Source of the DNA: the human T2T-CHM13v2.0 reference genome, Homo sapiens
Reading direction: 5' to 3' (one strand)
DNA: 64,000 bases
Assembly: GCF_009914755.1 (NCBI RefSeq)
Contig: NC_060947.1
The notes under the pieces were generated by a model, which was not told where the DNA came from, did no database searches, and worked only from the letters and a program-made list of their open reading frames with translations. A program made the position numbers and the translations under genes. This document shows positions 12,311-24,798 of the stretch, piece after piece; the stretch's first letter is position 1, and every line of letters begins with the position of its first letter.

Positions 12311-13589
12311 AGAACTATGCAGAAGACTTCTTGTAAGAAATGAGACTCAAATCCCTGCTAACATGACCAAGTGTTTTTATGAGGCCCCATCACCTGGTAA
12401 TGTCAGAGAAGGAGAGCCAGGAGGCGTGTCCCTGGCCCCAGCTTGTGGGTGTCTTCTTCTGCTATGATAGAGATGTTTGATCAGTGGCAGAATTATATTC
12501 CTTAGCATTTCCTCTTTGCATCACATGCTGCCATTATTTTTACTCCACAACTTCACCAGCACTCACCTCCTACAGTCTTACCCACCCTTAAACTATTAAT
12601 GCTGAGCCTTCTCCTCAGGAGATTTAGCCAGTGGTAAAATTCACACTTGCCACAGTCTCTGCACAGCCCAGAAAAAGAGCAGCTGCTGGTTTGGAAATCA
12701 GTCAATCCACAGAAGAAAAAAAATAGAGGATGCCAAGGATGAAATAACAGTCCCCTAGTGCCAAGGGTCTAGGTTGCTGAAATTGATGGCCATGTCTTCT
12801 AAAGGCCCCGTTGGCTAAGAATTCTCTCCCTCAAAGTTAATGTTGCTAATTCAGCTCAGTCAAGGTGACACACTAAGCTCTGTTTCCTGGAATTAGGAAT
12901 AGCACGTGGGATCTCCCTTCACCCCTCCCCAATTCCCAGCCCCACCCCTGACCATCCCACAAACTCTCAACTGGAACAAATGTACCATTTAAGGAACATT
13001 CCGACATTCTGGAAGTTGCAGACAAATACTGGACACTCACTTGGGGCTCCAAGGGTGCACAGCTGTTTCTCCCTTGCCTAAAGAGGACTGGAAAAACAAG
13101 CCTTGTGAAATGCAAGTGTGAATCTGGGAGGGGGAGCCTAAACAACCAGCCATTAGATCTTCACCAGATGAGCTGATCCAAATTGCTTCTGTGGAAGGCA
13201 ATCCATAGGCCAATAAGTGGGGATGAGGGAGGAAGGTTCAAGTGCCCAGAGAAGATATGGCAATAGGGACACAGCATGATAGGCCGTAGCCAGACCTCTG
13301 AGTAGCAGATCTAAGTAGAGCCCAGGAATTCATCCATTGGGCTACCCTGGGCAAAGGGTGAATGGTAATGTTAATGCTTCAGCCATAAAGCACACGCCTT
13401 GCTGTCTTCTTTCCTGAGAACAAGGTGCCCGCTTGTGCACTTACTAATGCTGTCCCAACCTGGACATCAACCTGCCCAATATATTTACCAGGCCTATGAA
13501 TATAATCTGGGCCTTTCCTTTGGTATCTACGCAACCCCTATTCTTGGAAACTCTATGTTATTTTATTGGATACCAACAAGAATCATATG

Positions 13590-13740
13590 AGGTAGTAATA
13601 TTATTATCCCCATTTTACAGATGCAGAAACTGAGGCTTAGAGAGGGTAAGTAACTTGCCTATAGTCATATAGTTACTAAGTGGCAGTGCTGGGATTACAA
13701 ATCCTGGTTGGATGAACACCAAAGTTCATTCTTTTGCCAG
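13590..13740. mobile_element. MIR SINE
   Basis: attatccccattttacagatgcagaaactgaggcttagagaggg. Confidence 0.8.
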
Positions 13741-15784
13741 AACACTGCCCCATTTCATGAACTCTAACAATGAACAAGGCCCTGATGTGTAGGGCCTCAG
13801 GACTTGACACGGTGTTTTAGTGGGAGAAATGAAGAGTTGGGAGCACGGTTACTTAGTGGTCTATTCAAGCCCGGGTGGGGCATTGAGGAAAGAACTCTAG
13901 AGTACCTAGAGGAAAGACCCAAGTAATACTTGGACATCCAGGGCAGAAAGTGTCAGAGGGATCAATGGGTTCAAATGGGGACTGTGCTTGGTTTTACCTG
14001 GGGGTGGCTGAGCTAGCTATCTCAGTCTGTGATCACCTATCATAAACTCTAGGGCGCCCACTCCTGGGTGAGGCTAAGGGGACTTACTGCTAGTGTCATT
14101 CTCCCATCTACAGCTTCCTGGTCACACATCCTGGGAAAAAAGGAAGATATCTCCAAAGGAATGTACCTATGTTCCATTGCTTTCCCTTCATCCATGAAAC
14201 TGAGTCTTTTGATCTCCATGGATGGCTCTAGCTGTTGATCCATTCCTAGGACAGGGATGGGGTAAAGGAATGGAGGCAGAAACACAGGGCAAATGCCATT
14301 AGATAGCCAGTGGGCAACAGCCAAGTATCACAGGCACACAGGTGCTGTCGTTTATTCTCCAGGGACTCCAACTGAATCAATGTGTTCATGTTCCAGTTCT
14401 GCTTTAGTTCATCTAATAAAATAAAAAGGGTCAGTTCCATTTCCAGTCGGATTACTATGGGTTTTTTTTCTCCCTTCCACAACACCTTTTTTGGTTAATT
14501 TTATTTGGTTCATGGTTCAATTTAAAAATTAACATTTGGATTCAGTTTGGGGTACAGCAAAGTTAAGTGGTTTGTTCCAGTTTCTGGTTCATAATTCAGT
14601 TCAAATCTGTAGGTCCAACATCATGTCATTTCTGTGAGCAGAGCCAAACATTGTTGCCTGAGAGAACCCCAAGGAGGGCTTGAAAAGAGTTTCTCATCAG
14701 CAATCTCATACTCATTCACTTCACTCAGTGTTGCCTAATCCTGGGACAAACCTAGTCCTAATACAGCCCAAAGAGGGAAAATTCACACAACGGTCCTACA
14801 GCACTAATAATAATGTTAATAATAACTGATGATGACTGCCATTTATGGTGCAATTAGTATTTGCCAGGCTCTGTGCTATGCTGCTTATATGCATTAGTCA
14901 ATGCTAAGAAGTAAGTACCACTATTGTACAGACGAGGAAATTGAGGCCCAGAGAGGTGAACAGCATGTCCAAGATTAATCAGCTTGGAAGTGGTGTAGTC
15001 AGGATAGGACGTTAAGGAAAGACTGAATTTCAGATATTGTTAGGGATATAGATAAGAATCCGAGGTAAGTGCTATTTTTATCCCCATCTTACCTGTGAGG
15101 AATTGGAGGTGCAAGGAAGTTCTGTAACTTGCCAAAGTTCACGGGCAAGTGTCAGTGATTAGGTACTGTCTCCTCCTTTTCCCTTCCCCACCCTGTGTTA
15201 GTGTTCTTTTTGAAAAGCAGAGCCATTTTATTCATCTTTGCTAAAGATGAATACAATTTGAAATAAGCAGGCCAAAACCTCACTTTGCCTTGATTGGAGG
15301 CAAGTCCAGTGGAAATTCATCAAAAGTTTGAATTATAGACTATGTGGAAAGAAATGCTGTTTTCATCACTTCAAATACCTATAATTATTGGAACCAAGCT
15401 GCTAGGACTCTTCAGGGCACCCACTTTAATGAATAGCAAAGAATGATTTGTACTTAGGACATCAACTGTTGCCCAGAGGACTCTCAAGCAATTTTCCCTC
15501 TGCAATACTTTTAACTCCACTCCCCTGTATTCTTGTTCATGGCCATCATTTGCTGAGCAAGCCCTTCCATCGGAGATGCTGTAAAGGTAAACTGCAATTA
15601 GACCCCTGACACAATCCTCACTGACTCCAAATTGGTGAAATCTGAATAAGCAAGGACATACTGAATCTGAGGAATTTTTTAAAGAGCTATTTCGTGGTTG
15701 GGTTTGTTCTGGTTCATGAGTCCAAGCAGGGAGGAAGAGCTTGTTGGCAAGCACTGACCACTCTCATCTGTGATTGCTCTGCAG

Positions 15785-15913
15785 GCCTGATCTTACTCAT
15801 TTACTTCTTCTTCTATGCCTCCTTGGCTGCTGTGATCACCCTCTGCATGTACACACTATTTCTGACCATCAGTCCCTATATACCAACCTTCACGGAGCGG
15901 GTAAAGCCTCCTG
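15785..15913 (+). CDS. ATP1B4: ATP1B4 coding exon 3 (transmembrane helix LILLIYFFFYASLAAVITLCMYTLFLTISPYIPTFTERVKPP)
   Basis: Acceptor ctgcag|GC; donor CCTG|gtgagt; 129 nt, phase 1-1; single hydrophobic TM segment typical of X,K-ATPase beta subunits. Confidence 0.96.
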
Positions 15914-16175
15914 GTGAGTGTGCCCAGATGCCCTGTGTTGTCAGAACTTGCTGGACAGAAATATGCTTGCACAGCATGTTCAGCCTCAATTAACTTTGGC
16001 TCTTCCTGGTAATGACTTAGAGATTCAATTATTAGGAGGAAAAGTAAAATGGTACTTGGCAAATTATGGTTCTTTTCATTTTGATTGCCTGGGGGGAAAT
16101 GGTTTCATGGGAATCAATACAAAAAAATTATCCCAAGAATGGGTTAATATATCCAAGACCTGTTTTCATTGCCAG

Positions 16176-16280
16176 GAGTTATGATCAGACCCTTCGCCCA
16201 TAGCCTTAACTTCAACTTCAACGTTTCTGAACCCGACACTTGGCAGCATTATGTGATTAGCCTAAATGGCTTTCTCCAGG
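16176..16280 (+). CDS. ATP1B4: ATP1B4 coding exon 4 (GVMIRPFAHSLNFNFNVSEPDTWQHYVISLNGFLQ)
   Basis: Acceptor gccag|GA; donor CAGG|gtaagt; 105 nt, phase 1-1; missed by the ORF track. Confidence 0.95.
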
Positions 16281-16745
16281 GTAAGTAAGTTCGTCTGAAT
16301 AGTGGAAAGCTCTTTTGAAAGGTGATGGGTGGGAATCCAAAATTCAAAATTCACCTGGCCCAGGAATCCCAGTCTTACTAACCCCAACTCATCATGGTCT
16401 GTCCTTACTTTGCATCCCCCTTAGCACCTGTAGCTACAATCAGAATTGCTCTAGTGTGTGATTGTATGTTGTCTTGAAAACATACAAGCCAATTTTCCAG
16501 CAAGATAAGCTCTTTGTGGCAGAGAAATTTTTTTTCTTGAACACGTTACAGTACCCATTTAAGCCCTGAACATATCCAGATGGCTCAATAATGATCATTT
16601 ATAGAAGATAATTCTTGGGGGAGATAGTGGTGGGAAAAGAAGAATGTTCTCCAGAGCTGAAAGATTCCTATCTTCTAAACTTTCTCAAGGTAAAAGAAGT
16701 CATTTCTTGGAGATGGGTTAACTTGAAGGGAGAGGGCAAGCGTCT

Positions 16746-17036
16746 TTATTTTATTTGAGATGGAGTCTCACTCTGTCGCCCAGGCTGGAGTGCAGTGGTT
16801 TGATCTCTGCTCTCTGCAACCTCTGCCTCCCAAGTTCAAGCGATTATCCTGCCTCAGCCTCCTGAGTAGCTGGGACTACATGTGCGTGCCACCACGCCCT
16901 GCTAATTTTTTGTATTCTTAGTAAAGATGGGGTTTCACCGTGTTAGCCAGGATGGTCTTGATCTCCTGACCTTGTGATCCACGTGCCTTGGCCTCCCAAA
17001 GTGCTGGGATGACAGGCATGAGCCACCGCGCCCAGC
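16746..17036 (-). mobile_element. AluS-like, antisense, intron 4
   Basis: gagatggagtctcactctgtcgcccaggctgg...gagccaccgcgcccagcc. Confidence 0.92.
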
Positions 17037-17639
17037 CAAGTGTCATTATTTAACAGCATTCCAGAAAGGAGTTAGAGGAAGAATCTCTGGGTGGCAGTCG
17101 CTCCAACATTCTGATCCCAAGTATTTTCGAGGTGCCTATCTCTATAGTGTCATCAGATAAGTTTTCAGGGGCAAATGAATGGCTTTGTGGGAGACGCTTC
17201 CACAAGGTAAAATCTGAGGTAGCAGCTTGGTTAAGGTTAACAGAGCACACAGGTTCTTTATGCAGCTATCAAAGAGGAGCTCCAGTGGGGTTTGCATTTC
17301 TGCACCTAATCTTTGTGGGGAAAAAAATGCCAGTCATTCTGGCTTGGTTGTCCTGGCCTGGTTGAAGTGGGGTTGATCCATTCTAGAGGCGGCTACTATT
17401 ATAACAAGTGCACTGAATTAGGAGGAGAACAATCTCTTATCATGTGCTAGGAGGTGTTATTTAAATACATAAATTTGGTCATTTAACTTTAACTCTGCAT
17501 AATAAAGTTGATCACGCTCATTTTATAAATGAGAAAACTGAGACTCAGAAAGGGGGAGTAGCTTGATCAAAGACTCTGGCAGCAGAACCAGTGTTTGAAT
17601 CCACATTTCTTGTTCTTTACACTCTCGCTGCTATAAGTG

Positions 17640-17790
17640 TTATAAAGGGACCAACAACATGGGCATCTCCTGGGAGTTTGTTAGAAAGGCAAAATCTCAG
17701 ACCACATTCTAGACCTGCTGAATCAAAATCTGCATTTTTAAAAAATCCACAGGTGATTTGTAGGAAATTTAAAGTTTGAGACATGCTGCT
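17640..17790. mobile_element. MER5A-like hAT DNA transposon remnant
   Basis: gcatctcctgggagtttgttagaaaggcaaaatctcag...gaatcaaaatctgcatttt...aaagtttgaga. Confidence 0.7.
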
Positions 17791-19091
17791 TTTCATAATT
17801 CTACGCTGCTGTCACATGACCAAGAGTTAGAAATTCAGCTTTATATCAGTAAGGCTCAGTGTTATTTTGGGTAAGTCTGAGCTTCAGATTCCTTACCAGT
17901 GAAACGAGGGGAGACGGGACTGGGTTCTTTCTGAGTCCATGTAGTTCTATTTTTAGCTACAGAAATGTTTTGGGCATCATGGCCAGCACAGTATCTTCTT
18001 TTGTTTCAGAATGCTTGCAAGCGATTGCAAATATATTGCCGGATTCCCTGCTAAGAAAATCCCTCCAAGAAGCTAGTAGACAGAGAAATACCAATTCTGA
18101 CCTGATGATGATGGAAGCAGGAAATGCTAGGAAAAGCACTAGTTTTTAGTTCCTAAGAGTAGATAATGTGTCCTGCTAAAAAGAAGCACATCTCTGAAAT
18201 AGACATCACAGAGTATCACTTTCACTCCCATGAGGACTGGGATTTTGCAATAAGGGTCATGTCCATGTCACATTATTTTTAATGGAACTACCTCAAGAGA
18301 AACAATGAGCACATGATCGCAGCCTCTATTTAGAAAGTTATTTGAGCATAGTTCTTGCTCTAAAAAAATTAAAACAAAGCCTTGAATTAAATGTAGCTTT
18401 GTCAAAGAAAAAATAAAGGCATAGCCATATTTGGAATAGATTTAAAATTCGCAGTTGCCGATTAATAATATCAAACCCAAGTCACAACCTGTGGGTTTGA
18501 TATTATTAGATGAGGATTCAGCAGCACATTTTGAGTTTTACCTCTGGTAGATCACAGGTGCAAAATCTCCTCTGAAATACTGAGCTACTTTGAACATTAA
18601 TACATAGGGACTGAGTCTAACAGGACTAACTGGGCTCCATCATTTAGAATCAAATTGGAAATAATGCAGTAATTTCTAAAGCCCAGTTTTATGTATGAAA
18701 TTTGGTAGCCCAAAGGGTTACCTCACAAATAGCCCTTTTAAGCTTTCTCCCTGATATATGTATCCTTGGACACATGTTACATTCCATCCAATGTAAAAGG
18801 ACATTTATCCTGAATGTCTCAGGCCTCAGTTGACAAGATCTCATGCCCTCACCATCCCCGTAGAGACCCTGTGGTTGTCATTGGTTTCTATCTTTTAACT
18901 TATGCTTCTGTTTTGCAGTGCTAACTTCCCTCTGTAAAGGACGAAGAGCTGGCTTATTCCCTCCCCCGCCTCCTCCTCCTGCTCCACCTCCTTCTCCTCC
19001 TCTTCCTCTTCTTCCACTTTCCTTCTGTCTCACAACTCATACTTCTCACTCTTACAATCAGGTGCCTCTCACTGACTTCAAAGGGAGACAT

Positions 19092-19472
19092 TGTAACTGC
19101 CCAGCGGGTTCACCTTGCCCACCATCTAGACAGAGCTGATTTATCAAGACAGGGGTATTGCAATAGAGACAGAGTAATCCACACCCAGCCAGCTGTGCGG
19201 GAGACTGGATTTTTATTATTACTCAAATCAATCTCCCCAGGACTATTTCTCTATTGCAATCAAATCCATGTACATTGGGTCTGCAGTGCCCCGCCAGTGG
19301 AGACAGTACCAGAGTCGGCCCCCAGCCCAAGAGAACTAGGTGGCTGCTTGGGCTGGCCTCTGGATCCATTGCCAGGTCGGGAGGTGGGGTGCTACTGAAC
19401 CACGAGCAGGTAGCCATAAGGGCAATCCCAAAAGAGCCCCCAGATTTGTAACTGCCCAATGGGTTCACCTTG
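19092..19472 (-). mobile_element. Collapsed ERV1 provirus (LTR8/HUERS-P-like): two LTR 3' ends plus a tRNA-Pro PBS
   Basis: Direct repeat tgtaactgccca..gggttcaccttg at 19092 and 19447; minus-strand tgggggctcttttgggat (19425-19442) matches PBS-Pro TGGGGGCTCGTCCGGGAT at 15/18 and lies 4 nt from the LTR end. Confidence 0.7.
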
Positions 19473-19500
19473 TTTCCTAAGTGAAGTTAAGGAGATTTAA

Positions 19501-20110
19501 CCCAGGATATACCATATATATACCCTTATATATACCAGGATATACCCTTATATATACCAGGATATATAAGGATATACCCTTATATATACCATATACCCTT
19601 ATATATAATATATATATACCCTTATATATAATATATATATACCCTTATATATAATATATATATACCCTTATATATAATATATATACCCTTATATATAATA
19701 TAATATTATATTATATATATATAATATAATATATAATATATATATTATATACCCTTATATATAATATATATATATACACCCTTATATATAATATATATAT
19801 TATATTATATATAAGGGTGTATATATATATATATATTATATATATATAATATATATATATTATATACCCTTATATATAATATATATATATACACCCTTAT
19901 ATATAATATATATATTATATTATATATAAGGGTATATATATATATATTATATATAAGGGTATATAGATTATATTATATATAAGGGTATATATATATATTA
20001 TATATAAGGGTATATATATATTATATATAAGGGTATATATAAGGGTATATCCTTATATATCCTGGTATATATATATACCCTTATATATACCCTTATATAC
20101 CATACCTTGA
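19501..20110. repeat. AT-rich quasi-palindromic minisatellite (units TATACCCTTATATATAA and their inverse TTATATATAAGGGTATA)
   Basis: Directly visible; 19551-19590 is the exact reverse complement of 20032-20071. Confidence 0.92.
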
Positions 20111-20535
20111 ATGTTTCAGTCCCTCTTCCAAAATCTACCAACTATGTGCCTATTTCTCTCTCAGAAGTAGAAGGGACAGCCTTCCAAGTTTACAGTTTAT
20201 CATGTCTGAAAAGAAATGGTGGAAAATAGAGAAAATTTATAAAGTGACTGACATAGGACCCAGAGATGGATATCCAGAAGTTCCATGGGAATGAAAAGCA
20301 AAGGAACAGGCAATCAAACTGGGCTGAAGTGACTAGTCAGGAAGACTTCCTAGAGGGATGGCTGCCGATGAAGGCTGTTGGGCACCTGATGCCAGTCACA
20401 GGTAGACTGAGTGGGCTTTCAGAGGAGTACAAACAAGCTGGAGAAAGGAAACTTGGGAGGGAGGACTACTGAACGCACGGCCTTCCCCTGTAGCACCTGT
20501 CTAACATAACCTGTTGCCACTCACACATGCTTTAG

Positions 20536-20732
20536 GTTATAATGACAGTCTTCAAGAGGAAATGAATGTAGATTGTCCCCCGGGGCAGTACTTCATCCAA
20601 GATGGCAATGAGGATGAGGACAAGAAGGCCTGCCAATTTAAGCGCTCCTTCCTAAAGAACTGCTCTGGTCTGGAGGACCCAACTTTTGGATACTCTACTG
20701 GACAGCCCTGCATCCTTCTAAAGATGAACCGG
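20536..20732 (+). CDS. ATP1B4: ATP1B4 coding exon 5 (GYNDSLQEEMNVDCPPGQYF...CQFKRSFLKNCSGLEDPTFGYSTGQPCILLKMNR)
   Basis: Acceptor tttag|GT; donor CGG|gtatat; four conserved Cys and the FGY..G.PC...KMNR beta-subunit signature. Confidence 0.97.
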
Positions 20733-20984
20733 GTATATTGGCTTTTCATATCTGGTGGTGATAAGCGAATGAACTAGATAGGAGGGCTCTGGCCACTCCA
20801 TTTGTCTTGGTCTCTGTCTTCACACACCACAGGTTTGGCCATTTTTCTGGCAGTATCATAAATACAAATAACCAGATAAACCTATCAATTTCTTCCCCCC
20901 CGCCCACCGAGCACTTCCTATGGCCATTCTTCTCCCTCACACCCAAACCTGTCACTTGATGGCCTTTGTCAAGAATGGGGTCCT

Positions 20985-21115
20985 AGTCAAGTGCAGTGGC
21001 TCGAGCTTATAATCCAAGCTACTCGGGAGGCTGAGGAAGGAGGGTTGCTTGAGCTTAGGAGTTCAAGTTTAACTTGGGCAACATAGTGAGACTTCATCTT
21101 TAATTTTTTAAAAAA
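20985..21115 (+). mobile_element. Alu monomer (FLAM-like)
   Basis: gcagtggctc...gctactcgggaggctgagg...gggcaacatagtgagac. Confidence 0.75.
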
Positions 21116-21543
21116 GTATTTTAAATAAAGAATGGAATACTGAGCTGTTTGGAACAGGGGATTGAAATGAGGGTGGCATGGGGGACAGTTCTTATATCAT
21201 AAAAATGCATTTTTCTTCCATCCTGTCATGACTTAGGTGTGGCAGAGCCTTATCAGTCACACCTCTCTTGAAATTAGAAAGTTCTTTACATCTTTAGCAT
21301 TGACTTGCTGACGTTTCCCCTTGTGTGTAAATACCAGGCATAAATACAACACGGAGTAAGCTGAGCTGCTTAGCTCTGAAGATGTTTTTCATTTTTTGCT
21401 TTTTGTAACATTTCTGAGAAGGCGAAATAGATGAAGCATATGCCTGAGGAAGGATGACTGGGAGGAAGGTTAGAAAAGCCCAATTTTTTACTGTCAAATA
21501 TGTTTTGTTAAAAAAAAATAAAACACTGGTTTTCTTTTGATAG

Positions 21544-21600
21544 ATTGTAGGCTTTCGTCCTGAGCTTGGAGATCCTGTGAAGGTTTCCTGCAAAGTTCAG
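21544..21600 (+). CDS. ATP1B4: ATP1B4 coding exon 6 (IVGFRPELGDPVKVSCKVQ)
   Basis: Acceptor ttttgatag|ATT; donor CAG|gtaaag; 57 nt, phase 0-0. Confidence 0.94.
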
Positions 21601-23841
21601 GTAAAGAGTCCTTTTGAGTAAGCATTGTTAGCACATCTGTTTCATGCAAAAAGGTAGTCCATCACTTTCAAGGACTTACACATGGATGGTAGGCTAAGGA
21701 AAAGGTTAATCTTTTCATAACTACACCTCTCTTTAGTTCCTTCAGGTTTTCCTCTTTCCAGAAAGCATTCAATTCATGTGTGTTTGTGTGTATAGTGTAT
21801 GTGTGTGTATGTGTGTGTGTCAGTCAGTCTGTCATGATTAATACTTCTGAAAACCAAAGACTGAACTTCAGCTAAGGGCCACAGCAGGGAACAACAATGT
21901 GCCAAGTCATTAATTGAGATTCTGTTTACACTTTTGCTTTTAGCTCTAATTACTTGTTTCTTTGAACTAAACAAACAGCTTTCATTAGAGTCATTAGTTC
22001 CCAGATTTTAAAACTGAATTTCACATTTTGCAGCAATGACCAGTGGTACTGGGTGTTGCAATAACAAATGACTACATGGGAAGTATAAACAGAACTCGAT
22101 TAATATGCTAATTAACTGTCCTTCGAGGGACCATTAACTTCTATCTCATCTGCACCAATTAGCTCCCTTGTAGGAAAAAGCCCTTAGATCTTGGGTTTGC
22201 TTCTTAAACAGGCAGTAGCTTTCTCCTGTTCTATGACATCAACTGCACCCCCAGACCTGGATAGTTGTCTTGCAAATGCGTGAGGCCTGGTAATCCCATT
22301 CTCAGTAGGAGAAATACAGTTGAAAACTTCAGTCTTCATGGTGACAGATCAGAAAACAGCAAAAGGCAGCATTTATTCAGCCAATATCCCACATTTAGCA
22401 AGCATTTATTGATCACTTATTATATAGCAGATCCTCTGCTAGGTGTTAGAAGTGTCGAGGTAAGAGTATGACTCCGTCTCTGAAATCAAGACAATCAAGT
22501 ATTACATGTGCTGTGAAAAGTGAAGATGAGCTCTGAAAGGTCAGGCAGTACTTGCCAAATGAACAAGGTAGGAAGCACATTCTGTTCTCATGTATATGTG
22601 TAAATATTCACAACATGAGATGACACTACAAACTATCCGAACTGATTCCTCAGGCCTTCATGAAAAATAAATTTCATTGCTTTTTAGAAGAATGTATTAA
22701 AAGTAAATCATAAAGACCAACTTAGTCTTAAGTTAGCATATTAACTGGACAGAGTTCTACTTATTGTTCCCTAATGGAAGCTGTTTGTTTTTCAGCTTAC
22801 ATCAAACCTTGCTAAGAACTGTCCTTTCTAAAATTGTTTTAATGTTTTAATTATTATTTTTAGCTACCTCCTTACATATTTTATGTCCTTTTAAAAAATA
22901 TATTAAGAATCTCTATACATTCTATAATAAACAATACTGGTCAAATCCACACCCATTTGTGAAAATCAAGCAGGATGAGGTAATGACTAGAATAAATTAA
23001 GGAGAGCTTAGTTTGTACCAAGAACAATTATAGTATATTGACAGAAGTAATCACATGACCTTAGTGAGTAATTTGCTAGTAGTGATGCACTATTTGTCCT
23101 TACTAGCCCCCAGACCTCTGCTATTTAGGGCAAGCCGAATGTATCACAGAATGGGCAGCCCCTACCTGACATAATGTGATGAGTGTAGATCTGTTCACTT
23201 TAATCATTTCCATACCCAGGCTCTTGTTGCTTACCCCTCTGACCCCACCTACTGTAATTAAGCACTACAGAGAATATGGTCAGAGACATGAGTCTAGGTG
23301 AGCCAACTGTAGGCTGTGTGCCTGTGTATCAGGTACCTATGCACTTGATCTGACTTCCAATAGAACCGAGCCTGCAGTGTGCAAATCGTGGAGTGGGATT
23401 TACTAAATATGTTCTAACGTATATCTTCCTCAGCTCCAAAGTCCAAGACTGGGTGCCAGGCCCAGTGTGGTTCTTTGGAGAAAGGCTGGAGTTGTAGGTC
23501 CTCTTTCCAGAGCAGCATCAGGTACTGCAAGCCCTTTGGATTGCTTCTGTCTGGGTACCCCAGAAGCCAACAGAGAGCCATACTGAGCACCTTTGTCCTC
23601 CTCAGTTCAGGCCTTCTACTCAATATTCTTTGAACTGAAAAGACAAGGCACAGTCACTCCCTAAAAATGCTCATCTAGGGACAGGTCACGGCTGAGCTCT
23701 GCTCCATTCTGCTTTCATGGTCTTCCTGGAACAGTTGGTTATGGTTCACACAGTGATTTCACCTGGGTACAACTCCCTTTAGCTCAGACTCTAGCCCACT
23801 CTGTGACCCAGCACCCCACATATACCTGCTTTTGCTTACAG

Positions 23842-23937
23842 AGAGGTGATGAAAATGACATCCGATCCATCAGTTACTACCCAGAGTCGGCTTCTTTTGA
23901 CCTCCGCTACTACCCTTACTACGGCAAACTGACTCAC
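23842..23937 (+). CDS. ATP1B4: ATP1B4 coding exon 7 (RGDENDIRSISYYPESASFDLRYYPYYGKLTH)
   Basis: Acceptor ttacag|AGA; donor CAC|gtaagc; conserved YYPYYGK motif. Confidence 0.97.
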
Positions 23938-24636
23938 GTAAGCTGTATTCCCTTTAGTCATTGCTGTCAGAAAGGGCTCAGTGACAAAAGAAGAGCTGGC
24001 TGGGATCTATGAGAATTAGGGAGCAGGAGATAGTAGAGGGGTAAATAGCTGCTGGCCATAACCAGGAGCTCCCTTTACCAATTCTTATCACAACCACACT
24101 CCTTTCCATATCTGAAAGAATCTCATATATGGCCTAATTTAACCTTTTAAGTTTACGAATGGGAAAATTGGGGTTCAGAGACAGAAAGTGACTTGCCCAA
24201 GACCATACAGCTAAGTTAGTGGCAGGGTCAGGAGCAGATAAATTACTACCAATGTGCTTAAACATGCCCTAATAATCACGCTTCTGTTTCTCCCATTTGA
24301 AGCGCTGGGGTGAGTCCCCAACACAGGGACTCGATAGACACTAGTTTTGGTTTAATTCATGGTCTGATTTCCAGAAAAATCATATCATGCTGAATCAGAA
24401 TTGGTTTTTCCCAGAGGACAATCAGATATCTGACAGTGACTTGTTAGAGAAATGTATGATTTTCCCACACTTTCCCACTGCAAGGAGAGTATGTCTGTTG
24501 CTTTGGCCATTTGCAAATTGGCATCATGGGATTTACTCAGTTCTCTTTGTGAGGGTTGTCATCCTGCAGTGATTATCTGATCACTTCCCTCCTACCACCT
24601 CCCCACACTTAGAATTCATTTTTCTTCTACCTGCAG

Positions 24637-24798
24637 GTTAACTACACATCCCCCTTGGTGGCAATGCACTTTACAGACGTGGTGAAGAACCAAGCAGTGC
24701 CTGTGCAGTGCCAACTGAAGGGCAAAGGCGTCATAAATGATGTCATCAATGATCGTTTTGTGGGCAGGGTAATCTTTACCCTGAACATAGAAACTTAA
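24637..24798 (+). CDS. ATP1B4: ATP1B4 coding exon 8 to stop (VNYTSPLVAMHF...VQCQLKGKG...DRFVGRVIFTLNIET*)
   Basis: Acceptor ctgcag|GTT; TAA at 24796-24798; spliced total is 1074 nt = 357 aa. Confidence 0.96.
   Translation, partial: VNYTSPLVAMHFTDVVKNQAVPVQCQLKGKGVINDVINDRFVGRVIFTLNIET

Noticed and set aside
19501-20110. AT-rich array as a CRISPR-like repeat
   Set aside because: The units are separated by (TA)n rather than unique spacers and occur in both orientations; it is a minisatellite/palindrome.
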